Below are positions 1 to 15,579 of a stretch of 64,000 nucleotides of DNA, one piece after another. A model generated the notes under the pieces. The model did not search any database. It was not told where the DNA came from and worked only from the letters and a program-made list of their open reading frames with translations. The stretch's first letter is position 1; every line of letters starts with the position of its first letter. A program made the position numbers and the translations under genes. The stretch spans positions 460,448 through 524,447 of the forward strand of contig NIVC01000530.1 of NCBI GenBank assembly GCA_002269645.1. The letters run 5' to 3'. Source of the stretch: Macrostomum lignano (Eukaryota).

Positions 1-355
1 CAAGGAGTCCCAAACGAGAGAGGTGAATGATGAAAAGAAAGGGAGAGTGGGCAGTCCCTCTCTAACGAACTGCCTGACTACCTTTGCAGAATTGGGAAAA
101 TTAAATTACAGCTCAGGCCGTCCGGTTGCGTCCCTGTGTAGTTTAGTGTAGACTCAGCTGCTGCGCGCCATCAAGTGTATTAATTTACTTCATTTGCCAT
201 CGCTTCGCGCTTGGATAGTGAAAAACAAATGTAATGTTATATAGTAAGCATAGTTTACTATGAACCATGAATTCGCGTAATATAATGCTCATAATCTGAT
301 TTCTGTTCCTTCCTATTTTGTTCTTTTTGAATTGTTTTCAAAAATTGTGTTTTCC

Positions 356-752
356 AATCTGTTAGACAAAACAGCATCAAACCTGTTAGATACAACAGCT
401 TCAAACCTGTTAGATACAATAGCCTCAAACCTGTTAGATACAACAGCTTCAAACCTGTTAGATACAACAGCTTCAAACCTGTTAGATACAACAGCTTCAA
501 ACCTGTTAGACAAAACAGCATCAAACCTGTTAGATACAACAGCTTCAAACCTGTTAGACAAAACAGCATCAAACCTGTTAGATACAACAGCTTCAAACCT
601 GTTAGACAAAACAGCATCAAACCTGTTAGATACAACTGCATCAAACCTGTTCGATACAACAGCTTTAAACCTGTTAGATACAACAGCTTCAAACCTGTTA
701 GATACAACAGCATCAAACTTGTTCGATACAAAAGCATCTAATCTGTTAGACA
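356..752. repeat. 24-bp minisatellite (AACCTGTTAGATACAACAGCTTCA), ~16 copies
   Basis: Tandem copies visible; the three overlapping 8-aa-periodic ORFs are a by-product. Confidence 0.95.
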
Positions 753-1185
753 TCATGACAACAATAACTAAATTGTCTAAAATATCTAGCAAAAATGAGT
801 AAATTTAATGAAACAAAAGCATTAGTAAGCAGAAGCCTATCTTTGCAGACTTGTTTTGTACTTTAGTGTCACAAAGCGCTTATACCTGCAAAGTCGAATT
901 TGTAAATTAGCAAAGTGTTGTATACTTTCACTTTTATAAGTCTCTCAAGAATACATCTACAGATATATGCTCTGAAACAATCTGTGGTGACCTCTAAAAA
1001 ATAAAGCGCAATGCCCTTGATGTGATAATAGGTAAGCATCTTACTTATTTTGAAAAAACGGACAAAAGGTCGCAGCATGGTGAGCAAAAAGCTTTAGAAA
1101 AAAGTACAATACTTTAACCAGCGTTGAACTAATTGTCAGATAATTCGCACACTTGCATAATCCTATTTACTGTGTTTTGAATTGA

Positions 1186-2470
1186 TGCCAATCCTCATGA
1201 CCATAGAGGAACCAATCCTCATGACCAGAGAGGAACCAATCCTCATGACAATAGAGGAACCAATCCTCATGACCATAGAGGAACCAATCCTCATGACCAT
1301 AGAGGAACCAATCCTCATGACCAGAGAGGAACCAATCCTCATGACCATAGAGGAACCAATCCTCATGACCATAGAGGAACCAATCCTCATGACCAGAAAA
1401 GAATCAACCCTCATGACCATAGAGGAACCAATCCTCATGACCAGAGAGGAACCAATCCTCATGACCAGAGAGGAACCAATCCTCATGACCATAGAGGAAC
1501 CAATCCTCATGACCAGAAAAGAATCAACCCTCATGACCATAGAGGAACCAATCCTCATGACCAGAGAGGAACCAATCCTCATGACCAGAAGGGAACCAAC
1601 CTCAATGACTAGAGAGGAACCAACTTCAATGACTAGAGAGGAACCAATCCTCATGACCATAGAGGAACCAACCCTCATGACCAGAGCGGAACCAATTCTC
1701 ATGACCAGAGAGGAACCAATCTTCATGACCAGAGAGGAACCTCATGACCAGAGAGGAACTAACCTCAATGACCAGAGAGGAACTAACCTCATGACCAGAG
1801 AGGAACTAACCTCAATGACCAGAGAGGAACCAACCCTCATGACCAGAGCGGAACCAACTCTTATGACCAGAGAGGAACCAATCTTCATGACCAGAGAGGA
1901 ATCTTATGACCAGAGAGGAACTAACCTCAATTACCAGAGCGGAACCAACTCTTATGACCAGAGAGGAACCAATCTTCATGACCAGAGAGGAATCTTATGA
2001 CCAGAGAGGAACTAACCTCAATTACCAGAGCGGAACCAACCCTCATGACCAGAGTGGAACAAATCTTCATGACCAGAGAGGAACCTTATGACCAGAGAGG
2101 AAATAACCTCAATGACCAGAGAGGAACCAATCTTCATGACCAGAGAGGAATCTTATGACCAGAGAGGAACTAACCTCAATTACCAGAGCGGAACCAACCC
2201 TCATGACCAGAGTGGAACCAATCTTCATGACCAGAGAGGAACCTTATGACCAGAGAGGAAATAACCTCAATGACCAGAGAGGAACCAATCTTCATGACCA
2301 GAGAGGAATCTTATGACCAGAGAGGAACTAACCTCAATTACCAGAGCGGAACCAACCCTCATGACCAGAGTGGAACCAATCTTCATGACCAGAGAGGAAC
2401 CTTATGACCAGAGAGGAAATAACCTCAATGACCAGAGAGTAACCGATCTTAATGACCAAGAGCGGAATCT
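1186..2470. repeat. 24-bp minisatellite (AACCAATCCTCATGACCAGAGAGG) grading into a 158-bp higher-order unit
   Basis: Direct inspection; variant ACTAACCTCAATTACC recurs at 2011, 2169 and 2327. Confidence 0.9.
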
Positions 2471-2631
2471 GAGCTGCATGACTGAATAATAATCTTCTAA
2501 ACTTGATTCCCAGCACAATCGCAAAAGAAAAATTGACAACATAAAAATATGCGAAATCTTTAATCTAGTGTCCTTCATTGCACAGCAACTGAAATCAACC
2601 AAGTGAGGAGGAAATTATTACATTATCAGCA

Positions 2632-4274
2632 TCACAGCAGACAGCACGCCGAAGTCGCGAGTTCGAATCGCCGACTCGAAGCGACGCCAGCTGCTCGAGT
2701 TTTTTCGGCGGCGGCGGCTCGCAGGCCGCACAGCATCGCCTTGCCGCTCTTCTCCAGGTGCACGCGCCTGTTCAAGCCGTACACGTGCAGCCGGTGTCGG
2801 CGCATCGGTGGCGGCGGCAGCGGTGGTCGAATTCTCTGATCTTCTTCTAAACCGATTCTCGATGACGCGGTCGGGGTCGGTGGCGTCGGCGCGGACTCGA
2901 GCCAGCCGAAGTCACAGCAGCAGACGGGAATGCGGCGAACCGAATGCCGCTGAAGCAGCAGGCGGGTGCTGGCCGATCGGCAGCCGGAAGCCAGGAGGCG
3001 ATGTCGGGCGAGTAGGAAGTCGCTGGCGACCGACAGGCCCGGTGGACAGCCGGCCGGCAGGCGGACTGTTGGGCCCGTCTTGGTCGAATGGGTATCGGCA
3101 GGATTTTGGAGCAATGCAATTTTTCATTGGTTTAACGGCCTCGAAAGTGAATAAAAAGTAGCGCGTGCTGGTGCCCTCAGCGAGGACACAACTACAGACA
3201 GACGCCCTCAGCGAGGACACAACTACAGACAGACGCCCTCAGCGAGGACACAACTACAGACAGACGCCCTCAGCGAGGACACAACTACAGACAGACGCCC
3301 TCAGCGAGGACACAACTACAGACAGACGCCCTCAGCGAGGACACAACTACAGACAGACGCCCTCAGTGAGGACACAAGGACACATACGTACAGGCGTAAG
3401 CACACCCACAGACGAAAAGTATGAGAGCAAGCACTTCATTAACCTGACGATGGACAATGCACCCGTCGGCTTCAGTGAGCTTGTGAGACGGCAGCTCTGT
3501 ACCATTGAGCACCACGTAGTCCACGGCCAGTGTCCAGGTCACGTGCACCAGCTGGTAGCGCTTCAGCCGGCCAGAGCCCGCGCATTCCAGACATTCAACG
3601 CCGACTGCGCGACCGCGGCAGGCCGGGCAACGAATCGATCCGCGGCCGGAGCAGACCAGACAGCGCAGCGGGTCGTCGATCGTCGACGATGAGCGTCGAA
3701 CAGACGAGCAAGTCGACGTTGACGAGGAATGATTGCTGTACGATGCTCGGCCGAAGCCGCAACCGCCGCCGATGCCACCGCCGCCGCTCCCGCCGCGGCA
3801 CCCGTAGCAGGCGATGCTGCCTTTTCGTCGGCACCTGCGGCAAGCCGTGTAGCCGACGCCGTAGCAGCGCGGACAGGCGAAGGCCTCCTCGCTGTGCGGC
3901 AGCGACAGCAGGCACTCGGCCTCGCTGAACGGCTCCGGCAGCGGGCGCTTGAGGTCCCAGGTGTCCGGCGGGTCGCCCTCCAGCCGACTGTCGAGGCGGC
4001 CGCCCATGTAGGGCATGAATCGGTCCTGGACGGTGTGGCATTCGAACCAGCTGGCCAAGGTGTACACGAACGCCTCCGAATAGCCGATGCCGGTGAGGCT
4101 GAGCGACTTCATCGCCGCCCCGGCTGGGTAGCACCAGCAGCACCACCGGCTGGTGAGGTGCTCCGACAGCAGCTCGCGAAGGTCGTCCTCAGTGAGGAAA
4201 GACTGGCGCTGATCCTGCTGATGGCGACGCTGAAGCTGCTGGTCATCGTCGCAATTTTCCTCTTCGACTTCCAT
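2632..4274 (-). CDS. SSUH2: SSUH2-like protein with DnaJ-type CxxCxGxG zinc-finger repeats; predicted join(3444..4274, 2632..3078)
   Basis: CPRCYGVG, CRRCRRKG, CYGCRGG, CLVCSGRG, CPACRGR, CLECAGSG motifs. Second exon has LLLQRHSVRRIP...LHVYGLNRRV and a Cys-rich end (ACCLL), as in SSUH2. Donor CAG|GT at 3444/3443; the acceptor at 3079-3080 keeps phase 0 but is less certain. Confidence 0.75.
3173..3378. repeat. 31-bp tandem repeat, ~6.5 copies, inside the SSUH2-like intron
   Basis: GCCCTCAGCGAGGACACAACTACAGACAGAC repeated with period 31. Confidence 0.95.
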
Positions 4275-5193
4275 CGTTTCCGCAATTGTCTTTGATTTTC
4301 AATCGACTCTGGTCTCTCTCTATATATATATAGCTAGACAGATTTATTCAACGAAAGACGAGTGGGCGTCTTCAGTTTTGTTGAATCGAGTGGAATGCGA
4401 GGTCTGACTCGGGCCCGTCTCGAACCCGCCTACACCTCTCTCTCTCTCCCTGGCTCTGCCTCTGGGTCTCTCTTTCTCTCGGCGAAATCGATAATTTCCT
4501 GCTCACCTTGCAGGTATAAGTGGTGGGTGGCCTTCTACTAGTATTTTGGCTCAGTCTATCCGTTCTGCTCTGGCTGCTGCCTGCCTGCCTGTCTCTCTTT
4601 CATTCTCTCTCAACTCGCTTGCAACCCCTTTTGTAGCCTTAGATGCAGGATTGCAGTTTGATGCGGGCAGCAGCTGCGGCTCCCATGCAGCTCCCAGCCT
4701 GGCAGCATGGGCTGGCTGGGATAGGGGGAGCGAGGTGGAAGAGGGGTGGCTCAGTCCTGGGGTTGGCCCCCGTGAGGCGAGACAGTTTTCCCATTCTCAC
4801 CGCCCGCTCCCCTCTCTTGCTCAGATCCCCATCAAGACTTCACAATGCGGTCGGCCGTCAATATATGAAACGGCTGAGTTGAGTGCTAGGCTTGAGTACC
4901 CTAACCTCTCTACTATTGTGCGCTCAATCAGCCACCGTCAGCCTATCCCGACCCCCTCTGCCGAGATTCCTTGCATCCGGGTACAAGGTAGACAAAAGGC
5001 GGCGGAGACTGTGAGCGGGGGTGGGCAGGAACAGCCAGGACCCGATCAAAATCTGAGAGGCCACGGAGCTGCGCTAAAAAACTCTCCTTTTCTCCCCCCA
5101 CTATAGCCCTGATCCATGCAATCCCGCTAACCTTAAAATATCGGCACTCTTGCAAGGAGACACCGTTTGGCGTATGCTTGAGAATGAGGGAGG

Positions 5194-5196
<3 letters not shown>

Positions 5197-5289
<93 letters not shown>

Positions 5290-5292
5290 AGG

Positions 5293-5378
<86 letters not shown>

Positions 5379-5455
5379 GAGAAGGAGAGAGAGAGAGAGA
5401 GGGAGAGAGAGGGAGAGGGAGAGAGAGAGAGGGGGAGAGAGAGAGAGAGAGAGTT
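5197..5455. repeat. (GA)n microsatellite
   Basis: Direct inspection. Confidence 0.98.
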
Positions 5456-5684
5456 GAGAGAGTTGAGAATGGGATTTACGCATATATTACATGCTAATAA
5501 TTAATTGCTTAGCTGCATTCAAATATTATAGTTTTATGAGTGCATTGTGTCCACAAGCTTTGTGTGTCTTGTTTCGATAGAAGAGCTTATTTGCGTCTTT
5601 GTGTATTGCCGATGATGTTTATCTATGTATTGTTGTCTTGCTGATGGTCTTATAAATGTATTTGTGTCTTTGCCGAAAGGCGCG

Positions 5685-6530
5685 TTTATTCATGAATTTG
5701 TGTCTTTGCCGAAAGAGGTGTTTATTAATGAATTTGTGCCTTTACCGAAGGGGGTGTTTATTAATGAATTTGCGTCTTGCCGAAGGGGTGTTTATTCATG
5801 AATTTGTGTCTTGCCGAAGGGGGTGTTTATTCATGAATTTGTGTCTTGCCGAAGGGGTGTTTATTCATGAATTTGTGTCTTGCCGAAGGGGGTGTTTATT
5901 CATGAATTTGTGTCTTGCCGAAAGGGGTGTTTATTCATGAATTTGTGTCTTTGCCGAAAGAGGTGTTTATTAATGAATTTGTGCCTTTACCGAAGGGGGT
6001 GTTTATTAATGAATTTGTGTCTTGCCGAAGGGGGTGTTTATTCATGAATTTGTGTCTTGCCGAAGGGGTGTTTATTCATGAATTTGTGTCTTGCCGAAGG
6101 GGTGTTTATTCATGAATTTGTGTCTTGCCGAAGGGGTGTTTATTCATGAATTTGTGTCTTGCCGAAAGGGGTGTTTATTAATGAATTTGTGTCTTGCCGA
6201 AGGGGGTGTTTATTCATGAATTTGTGTCTTGCCGAAGGGGGTGTTTATTCATGAATTTGTGTCTTGCCGAAGGGGGTGTTTATTAATGAATTTGTGTCTT
6301 GCCGAAGGGGGTGTTTATTCATGAATTTGTGTCTTGCCGAAGGGGGTGTTTATTAATGAATTTGTGTCTTGCCGAAGGGGGTGTTTATTCATGAATTTAT
6401 GTCTTGCCGAAGGGGGTGTTTATTCATGAATTTGTGTCTTGCCGAAGGGGTGTTTATTCATGAATTTATGTTATTGCCGAAAGGGGTGTTTATTAATGAA
6501 TTTGTGCCTTTACCGAAGGGGTGTTTATTC
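5685..6530. repeat. 34-36-bp minisatellite (TTGCCGAAGGGGGTGTTTATTCATGAATTTGTGTC)
   Basis: Tandem copies without spacers. Confidence 0.95.
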
Positions 6531-7000
6531 ATGTATTTTTATGTCTGCATCGGCTTTGCTTTGAGGGTTAAATACGGACATGAGTAAGCATTTTTATGAG
6601 CATAAAGATATCGATATTTTACAAGAAAGGAATGTTTTTATTGATGAATTCAACTTTCAGAAAGCTGTGCGTAGTATTTGCAGCGCCATGCCACAAGTGC
6701 ACAAAAAGGCGAGGTTCATGCACCTGGTGTTTAAATCAATTTTCCTAACTCAGGTAGCTTTTTCAAAAAGAGCTTTTTACCCAGGGAAAATTTATTGCCG
6801 CATTGATTAAAGCTCTTCCCAGTGACACCGCCCACGCAATGACATCAATTTTGTTGCTAAAGCAAACAGCTCCAGACCTCGTCGCTAAGTCCAAAATTAC
6901 CAGCCTTTTGGATTTGGTTAATTTTTGCATAGAAATTTGATGATGAATAATAATCAAAGAATGTGCGTATCTACCTACTGCTGATGACTATTTGAACAAC

Positions 7001-8758
<1,758 letters not shown>

Positions 8759-9104
8759 TCAATAGCTTGTAGGTATTCTCTAAACACTTTAGTTACCTTT
8801 CAGTAGTCTGAACATATTGAAACAAATCCTGTTTGACTTTGCGTGGGCGTGTCTCTTTAGTCTTAACCAATGATTTAAAGCCCGGGCGGTATACCAAATA
8901 AATAAAAAGTCGACAGCAGCAAAGTAAACATTGCGAACAATAGAAGCCCAATTCCTAAATGTGGTGGCAATAAAATCGGACTGGGCAGTGGGCTTTTCGA
9001 GAGATTTATTAGGGTAAACCACAGTCAAAAGGTAATTAGAATGTAAAACTGCTCACTTGGTCTTGATCAATCAACAATATTTTTATTTGAGCCTCTACGT
9101 TCTC

Positions 9105-9316
<212 letters not shown>

Positions 9317-10084
9317 TCGATGGACCCTGTCTTTATTTTCTGCTGCCCGATTTTATTCAGATTGTTATGCATTGTAAACGTTTGCAATGCCCACCAGCAC
9401 ACGTAACCACTCGTTCACAATACTGGCAATAGCTAATGCTACGATGGAACATCCCGTAGATTGGACTCCAAAGTCGAGAGGGCATACTTCAGCTACATGT
9501 TTAGCAGGGCTAATATAGACCCAGTGATCCTCGGATCTGGGAGTTTCCCAATCCTCATTTACAGCAGCAGCCCACGCTCCATCTTTAGAATCGAGCCAGC
9601 TGGCTTCCAACAGACCGCAAGCTGCAGTTAAGCCGAAGTCAAATGCCCTGGATTTGCCTAGCATTTCCAGACTGAAAAGTGCTCATCTAATCCGCGCGGG
9701 AAAGAAGGAGAAAGGATAAATAATCGCATGGATTAACTGTAGCGTCAAATGCATTATAGCGACAAGCTATAGAGATCAGCTAGGCCGAGGATCTGGCCAA
9801 AACGAAAACGAATTTTACTTAGCAAATACGGAGATAAAGTTGCAGACATAGTTATACTCATACGAAGAATTAAAGGGAAACGAGAGTGAACACATTTTGT
9901 AGTTTAGTTAGACTTGCAGTATGCGATAAAATAGGCAAACTATTCCAAAAACATTTGGCCTATGCTCGTACATGAGCAAAATTGAGGGAGCAAATTATAA
10001 ACCGCATGTACACAGCGACAACTGAAGCAGAAGGACGCTAAACTGCATTTTCTTAGAAATTATTTGGAGGCCGGTCACTCGCTG

Positions 10085-10490
10085 TTGGTGTATCACTCCC
10101 TGCATTGATGTGTAACTCCCTGCATTAGTGTCATGATCCCTGCACTGGTGTGTCACTCCCTGCAACTGGTGTCACTCCCTGCATTGGTGTATCACTTCCT
10201 ACACTGGTGTGTCACTCCCTGCACTGGTGTGTCACTCCCTGCACTGGTGTGTCACTCCCTGCACTGGTGTGTCACTTCCTGCACTGGTGTATCACTCCCT
10301 GCACTTGTGTAGTATCACTCCTTGCACTGGTGTATCACTCCCTGCACTAGTGTCACTCCCTGCACTGGTGTATCCCTCCCTACACTAGTGTAGTATCACT
10401 CCTTGCACTGGTGTATCACTCCCTGCACTAGTGTGTCACTCCCTGCACTGGTGTATCACTCCCTACACTAGTGAGTCACTCCCTGCACTT
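10085..10490. repeat. ~20-bp minisatellite (CACTCCCTGCACTGGTGTGT)
   Basis: Degenerate tandem copies. Confidence 0.9.
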
Positions 10491-10574
10491 TTATATGGTA
10501 TGTATACGAGCGTACATGGGTAGATTTAATGAGATTTCCACCGTTTTATGTACATGTATGTCACTGTCTGTATT

Positions 10575-10765
10575 GTCCTGGTAGCTCAGTCCCAGTGATC
10601 GAGCGCGGCGCTATGATGTGCCTGCGGCCCAGGCTCGATTCCAAGTGCAGTCACATTAATTTGGGGCTAAATTGGAATCTCGGCTTGGCTCTGCTCGTGC
10701 AATTAAGGGCCTTGAAAGCCAACCCAAGGCACAGTGAAGTGTACATGCCTAACAATAAATAAAGT
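10575..10765 (+). mobile_element. Possible tRNA-derived SINE
   Basis: A-box-like TAGCTCAGT (10582-10590), B-box-like GGCTCGATTCC (10632-10642) and AATAAATAAA near 10754; no TSD found. Confidence 0.35.
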
Positions 10766-10856
10766 TAGGGCCGCTGTACACTGTGCCTGGGCAGGTAGGT
10801 CGGTAAAATGGGTAGTAATGCCTCTCGCCGGTCGTGTCACTTAATGTCGCTTGAAG

Positions 10857-11825
10857 GGGATAGCGACGTTTGCCTGCGGGACGTTTGCCAGCCAACATTA
10901 AGTCAGTGAGTGAAAATACTGAAATATTCGCAGTTTAGCGGATTGAAAAAAAGTTTTTCTAGTCCAACTTTTTGACGGTTATTCGCACGTATAAAAATTC
11001 GAAAACAAAATCTATACAAATTATGCAGTTCATCAATCTAGCATCTAGTTTAACAACAATTTCTTTGAATGTGAAAACATTATAAAGTTTACTTCTGACA
11101 GTTTTGTATCGCTTTTCCCAGTTTGAGATGTTTGATTTCTGATTTGCGAATCAAAGTTTTGGGCAAATAAAAGACCTGCTGAACGATAATTCTGGCTTAT
11201 ATATTTATTTCCCAGTTCATTTGGAGATCCAAAAGTAAGCGAATTAATTCCAGTGCAGCTTGTCAAGTGCACGCTGTCATGGCCAAACTCCGTTAAGCAG
11301 AGTTTGGCTTTTGAGTTAAGTATATATATGCGAGACTAAGCCAATACCATTATGGATGTCTCAGTCTTTTCCCATTTAGCCTGTTTGGCCACATGAGATG
11401 GAAAAGGCCATTCCATGGCATACATAGACATCAACTATGACGATGGAAACTCCTATTTTGTATTTTTAATTTACCTTTCTTTTTAGGCAGACAAGAGCAA
11501 TAACTTCAATAAGCCTGAACAGTAGTTTGTTAGTAACCTGTATATATTTAATAGCAGTAGTAGGGAGCGAGGTGAAATTAGATTAGTGCTGTGCCGACAG
11601 TTTTCAAATGCAAGTACATGTAAGCCTAGAGAGGGCATTACTTCTTTAACCAATTGCCGCCTGCAAATGTCCGCTGGTAAACGTCGTCTGGCAAACGTCG
11701 GCTGGCAAACATCCCACAGGCAAACATCCCACAGGCAAACGTCCTGCAGGCAAACGTCCCGCAGGCAAACGTCCCGCAGGCAAACATCCCGCAGGCAAAC
11801 GTCGGCAGGCAAGCGTCGTAGACCC
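10857..11825. mobile_element. Non-autonomous DNA transposon (MITE) with imperfect TIRs and 8(-9)-bp TSD
   Basis: Left end GGGATAGCGACGTTTGCC versus reverse-complemented right end GGGTCTACGACGCTTGCC. GCTTGAAG flanks both sides (10849-10856, 11826-11833). A 15-bp GGCAAACGTCCCGCA repeat lies subterminally at both ends in inverted orientation. Confidence 0.65.
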
Positions 11826-12075
11826 GCTTGAAGTGCGCAAGGGTGCACAAAGCCCCCTGACTTTAACTGGTCCAACAAACTGAAAGGCACAAATAATCAA
11901 AAATAGTTGAAGCAATTAATAGAGTTTTATAGAAGTTTAACAAATATTGATAAATGCGAAAGCAGAACGAACGATGGCGAAACGGAAACGGGTTTATTGA
12001 AGAATTACCTTGAGATTAAGATAAGATATATACAAATACACCTTAAAGAAGGCGTGTCCTTCATCAATGGCATCA

Positions 12076-13078
<1,003 letters not shown>

Positions 13079-13153
13079 TCAGTCAGACTTATTTAACTAC
13101 TACAAGTAGGCAGGATGCTATTATTGAATTTCAACTCATTGTCAGCAAATCAA

Positions 13154-13489
13154 TCAACGTTTAAACTTCCTAAACAGCGGGTGCCGCTCCTGCAACCGCT
13201 TGGCGGCCGACTGTCCCGAGCGGAACTCGGTGTACACGGTCTCGTCCGCGCCGGACAGGCTGGCCATTGTGGCCGAGCGGCGCTGGAATGCGGGCGCCGA
13301 TTGGACTTTTTTCATTGCGCCGCCGCCGGACGAAGCCGTCTGGCCGGGCTCCTCCTCGTCGCGAGCGTCCGACTCGGAGGTGGCCAGCACCTGCTGGAGC
13401 AGCTGCAGCTGCGACTCCTTGGTTGACAGGCCGAGGCCCTCCTCGGACTCCATGCCGGGCAGCCTGGTGACCACTTTGAATGCGTAGCC
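13154..13489 (-). CDS. ERCC3: XPB/ERCC3 (TFIIH helicase), last coding exon
   Basis: GYAFKVVTRLPGME...QLLQQVLA...MASLSGAD.TVY...HPLFRKFKR* matches the XPB C-terminus; AG acceptor at 13490-13491. Confidence 0.93.
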   Translation of the reverse strand, partial: GYAFKVVTRLPGMESEEGLGLSTKESQLQLLQQVLATSESDARDEEEPGQTASSGGGAMKKVQSAPAFQRRSATMASLSGADETVYTEFRSGQSAAKRLQERHPLFRKFKR

Positions 13490-13522
13490 CTGGGCGGGAG
13501 GGAGCGGCGGTAAGGTGCTGCA

Positions 13523-14632
13523 AACAAATCGTCACTAATCGATGGAATTCCACATCAACAAATCGTCACTCGTCGATAGAATTCCCCACTCAACAAATCG
13601 TCACTCATCGATAGAATTCCCCATCAACAAATCGTCACTAATCGATGGAATTGAATTCCCCCTCAACAAATCGTCACTAATAGATGGAATTCCCCATTGA
13701 CAAATCGTCACTAATAGATGGAATTCCCCCTCAACAAATCGTCACTAATAGATGGAATTCCCCCTCAACAAACCGTCACTAATCGATGGAATTCCACATC
13801 AACAAATCGTCACTAATCGATGGAATTGAATTCCCCCTCAACAAATCGTCACTAATAGATGGAATTCCCCCTCAACAAATCGTCACTAATAGATGGAATT
13901 CCCCCTCAACAAATCGTCACTAATAGATGGAATTCCCCCTCAACAAATCGTCACTAATAGATGGAATTCCCCCTCAACAAACCGTCACTAATCGATGGAA
14001 TTCCACATCAACAAATTGTCACTAATAGATAGAATTCCCCCTCAACAAATCGTCACTAATCGATGGAATTCCACATCAACAAATCGTCACTAATCGATGG
14101 AATTGAATTCCCCCTCAACAAATCGTCACTAATAGATGGAATTCCCCCTCAACAAATCGTCACTAATAGATGGAATTCCCCCTCAACAAACCGTCACTAA
14201 TCGATGGAATTGAATTCCCCCTCAACAAATCGTCACTAATAGATAGAATTCCCCCTCAACAAATCGTCACTAATAGATGGAATTCCCCATTGACAAATCG
14301 TGACTAATAGATGGAATTCCCCCTCAACAAATCGTCACTAATAGATGGAATTCCCCCTCAACAAACCGTCACTAATCGATGGAATTCCACATCAACAAAT
14401 CGTCACTAATCGATGGAATTGAATTCCCCCTCAACAAATCGTCACTAATAGATGGAATTCCCCCTCAACAAACCGTCACTAATCGATGGAATTCCACATC
14501 AACAAATCGTCACTAATCGATGGAATTCCCCATTGATAAGTCGTCACTAATAGATGGAATTCCCCATTGATAAGTCGTCACTAATAGATGAAATTCCCCA
14601 TCAACAAATCGTCACTAATAGATGGAATTCCA
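13523..14632. repeat. 34-bp (variant 39-bp) minisatellite filling the last XPB intron
   Basis: CAACAAATCGTCACTAATAGATGGAATTCCCCCT tandem copies. Confidence 0.95.
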
Positions 14633-14652
14633 AATATCGGTCTGAAACGAAC

Positions 14653-15432
14653 CTGATTAACCAGAAACCGCTGCCTCTTCTCGGCAAAGTACATCTCAGC
14701 CGTGTCCTGCGACACCAAGCTATAATAGTACGCGTTGTACTCGTCGCCCGGCCCGGTGCCGCGCTTGGCCCGAAGAATCCGGCCAAGACGCTGGGCCTCC
14801 TGGCGCCGGGAGCCGCCGTGACTGGTGATCTGGATCAGCACGTTGGCCTCAGGCAAATCGAAGCTATTATCCGCCACCTTGGATACGAAAATCGTATTCA
14901 CTTGGGGATTGTTTTGAAAGTTTTTCAACACGTACATTCGCTCAGTTTGAGAAGTCGGCCCGTACAAATACGGCTTATTCAAAGCGTTGGCGTAGTACTT
15001 CAGAGCGAACACGTTGTCAGAGAATACGATGATTTTATCTTCGCGTCTAGCGTGATAGTTAATTAGAAACTGACAGACGCGAAACTTATTGGGATTCATC
15101 TGATACAACAGTGTACGCCTAGCCCAGGATTTCTGGCTGCAATATTCCCGATAAAACTCTGGCGTCATTGGGCACCAGACCTCGGCGCATTGAACCCTGG
15201 CAATGTAGCCACCGCGCTGCAACTCTAACCAATTAGCCTCGTACAGCTTCGGTCCAATTAGAAAGTTCAAATCCGCGATTTTGTCATCCTCGCGTACTAA
15301 AGTGGCTGTCAGGCCCAGCTTGCAGTGCGAGCGTACTATGGTTAGCACTCGCCGAAACATCTTGGCCGGGATTGTGTGCACCTCGTCTAGCACCATTAGG
15401 CCCCATTCTTGGTCGCGAAGCCAGGACATTAC
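14653..15432 (-). CDS. ERCC3: XPB/ERCC3 internal exon (helicase motifs II-VI)
   Basis: [58 protein letters not shown]; acceptor AG|GTAATG and donor CAG|GT. Confidence 0.97.
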
Positions 15433-15579
15433 CTATGGGTGGTAAGGAGATTGTAAGAATTCAATATATTCTAATTATAAAGCCAATAGTTGTAAAGCCT
15501 GTTACTAGTGCATAGTGCAATATACCGGAAATGAGATAGAACAGTGGCTTTTTAAACAATTGATATTGGGAATAATTAA

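Noticed and set aside
258-2100. Long ORFs with 8-aa periodicity
   Set aside because: They are open in several frames and on both strands only because the 24-bp unit lacks stops; no unique domain.
2603-4295. Numerous overlapping GC-rich ORFs antisense or off-frame to SSUH2 (and likewise to XPB and PC exons)
   Set aside because: Expected shadow ORFs of GC-rich coding sequence.
4395-4440. B-box-like GGGTTCGAGAC on the minus strand
   Set aside because: No A-box or cloverleaf recognisable, which is too weak to call a tRNA or SINE.
5685-6530. CRISPR-like appearance of a 35-bp repeat
   Set aside because: No unique spacers and no cas genes, in a eukaryotic context.
13523-14632. 34-bp array as a CRISPR
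   Set aside because: Head-to-tail with no spacers, and intronic in XPB.
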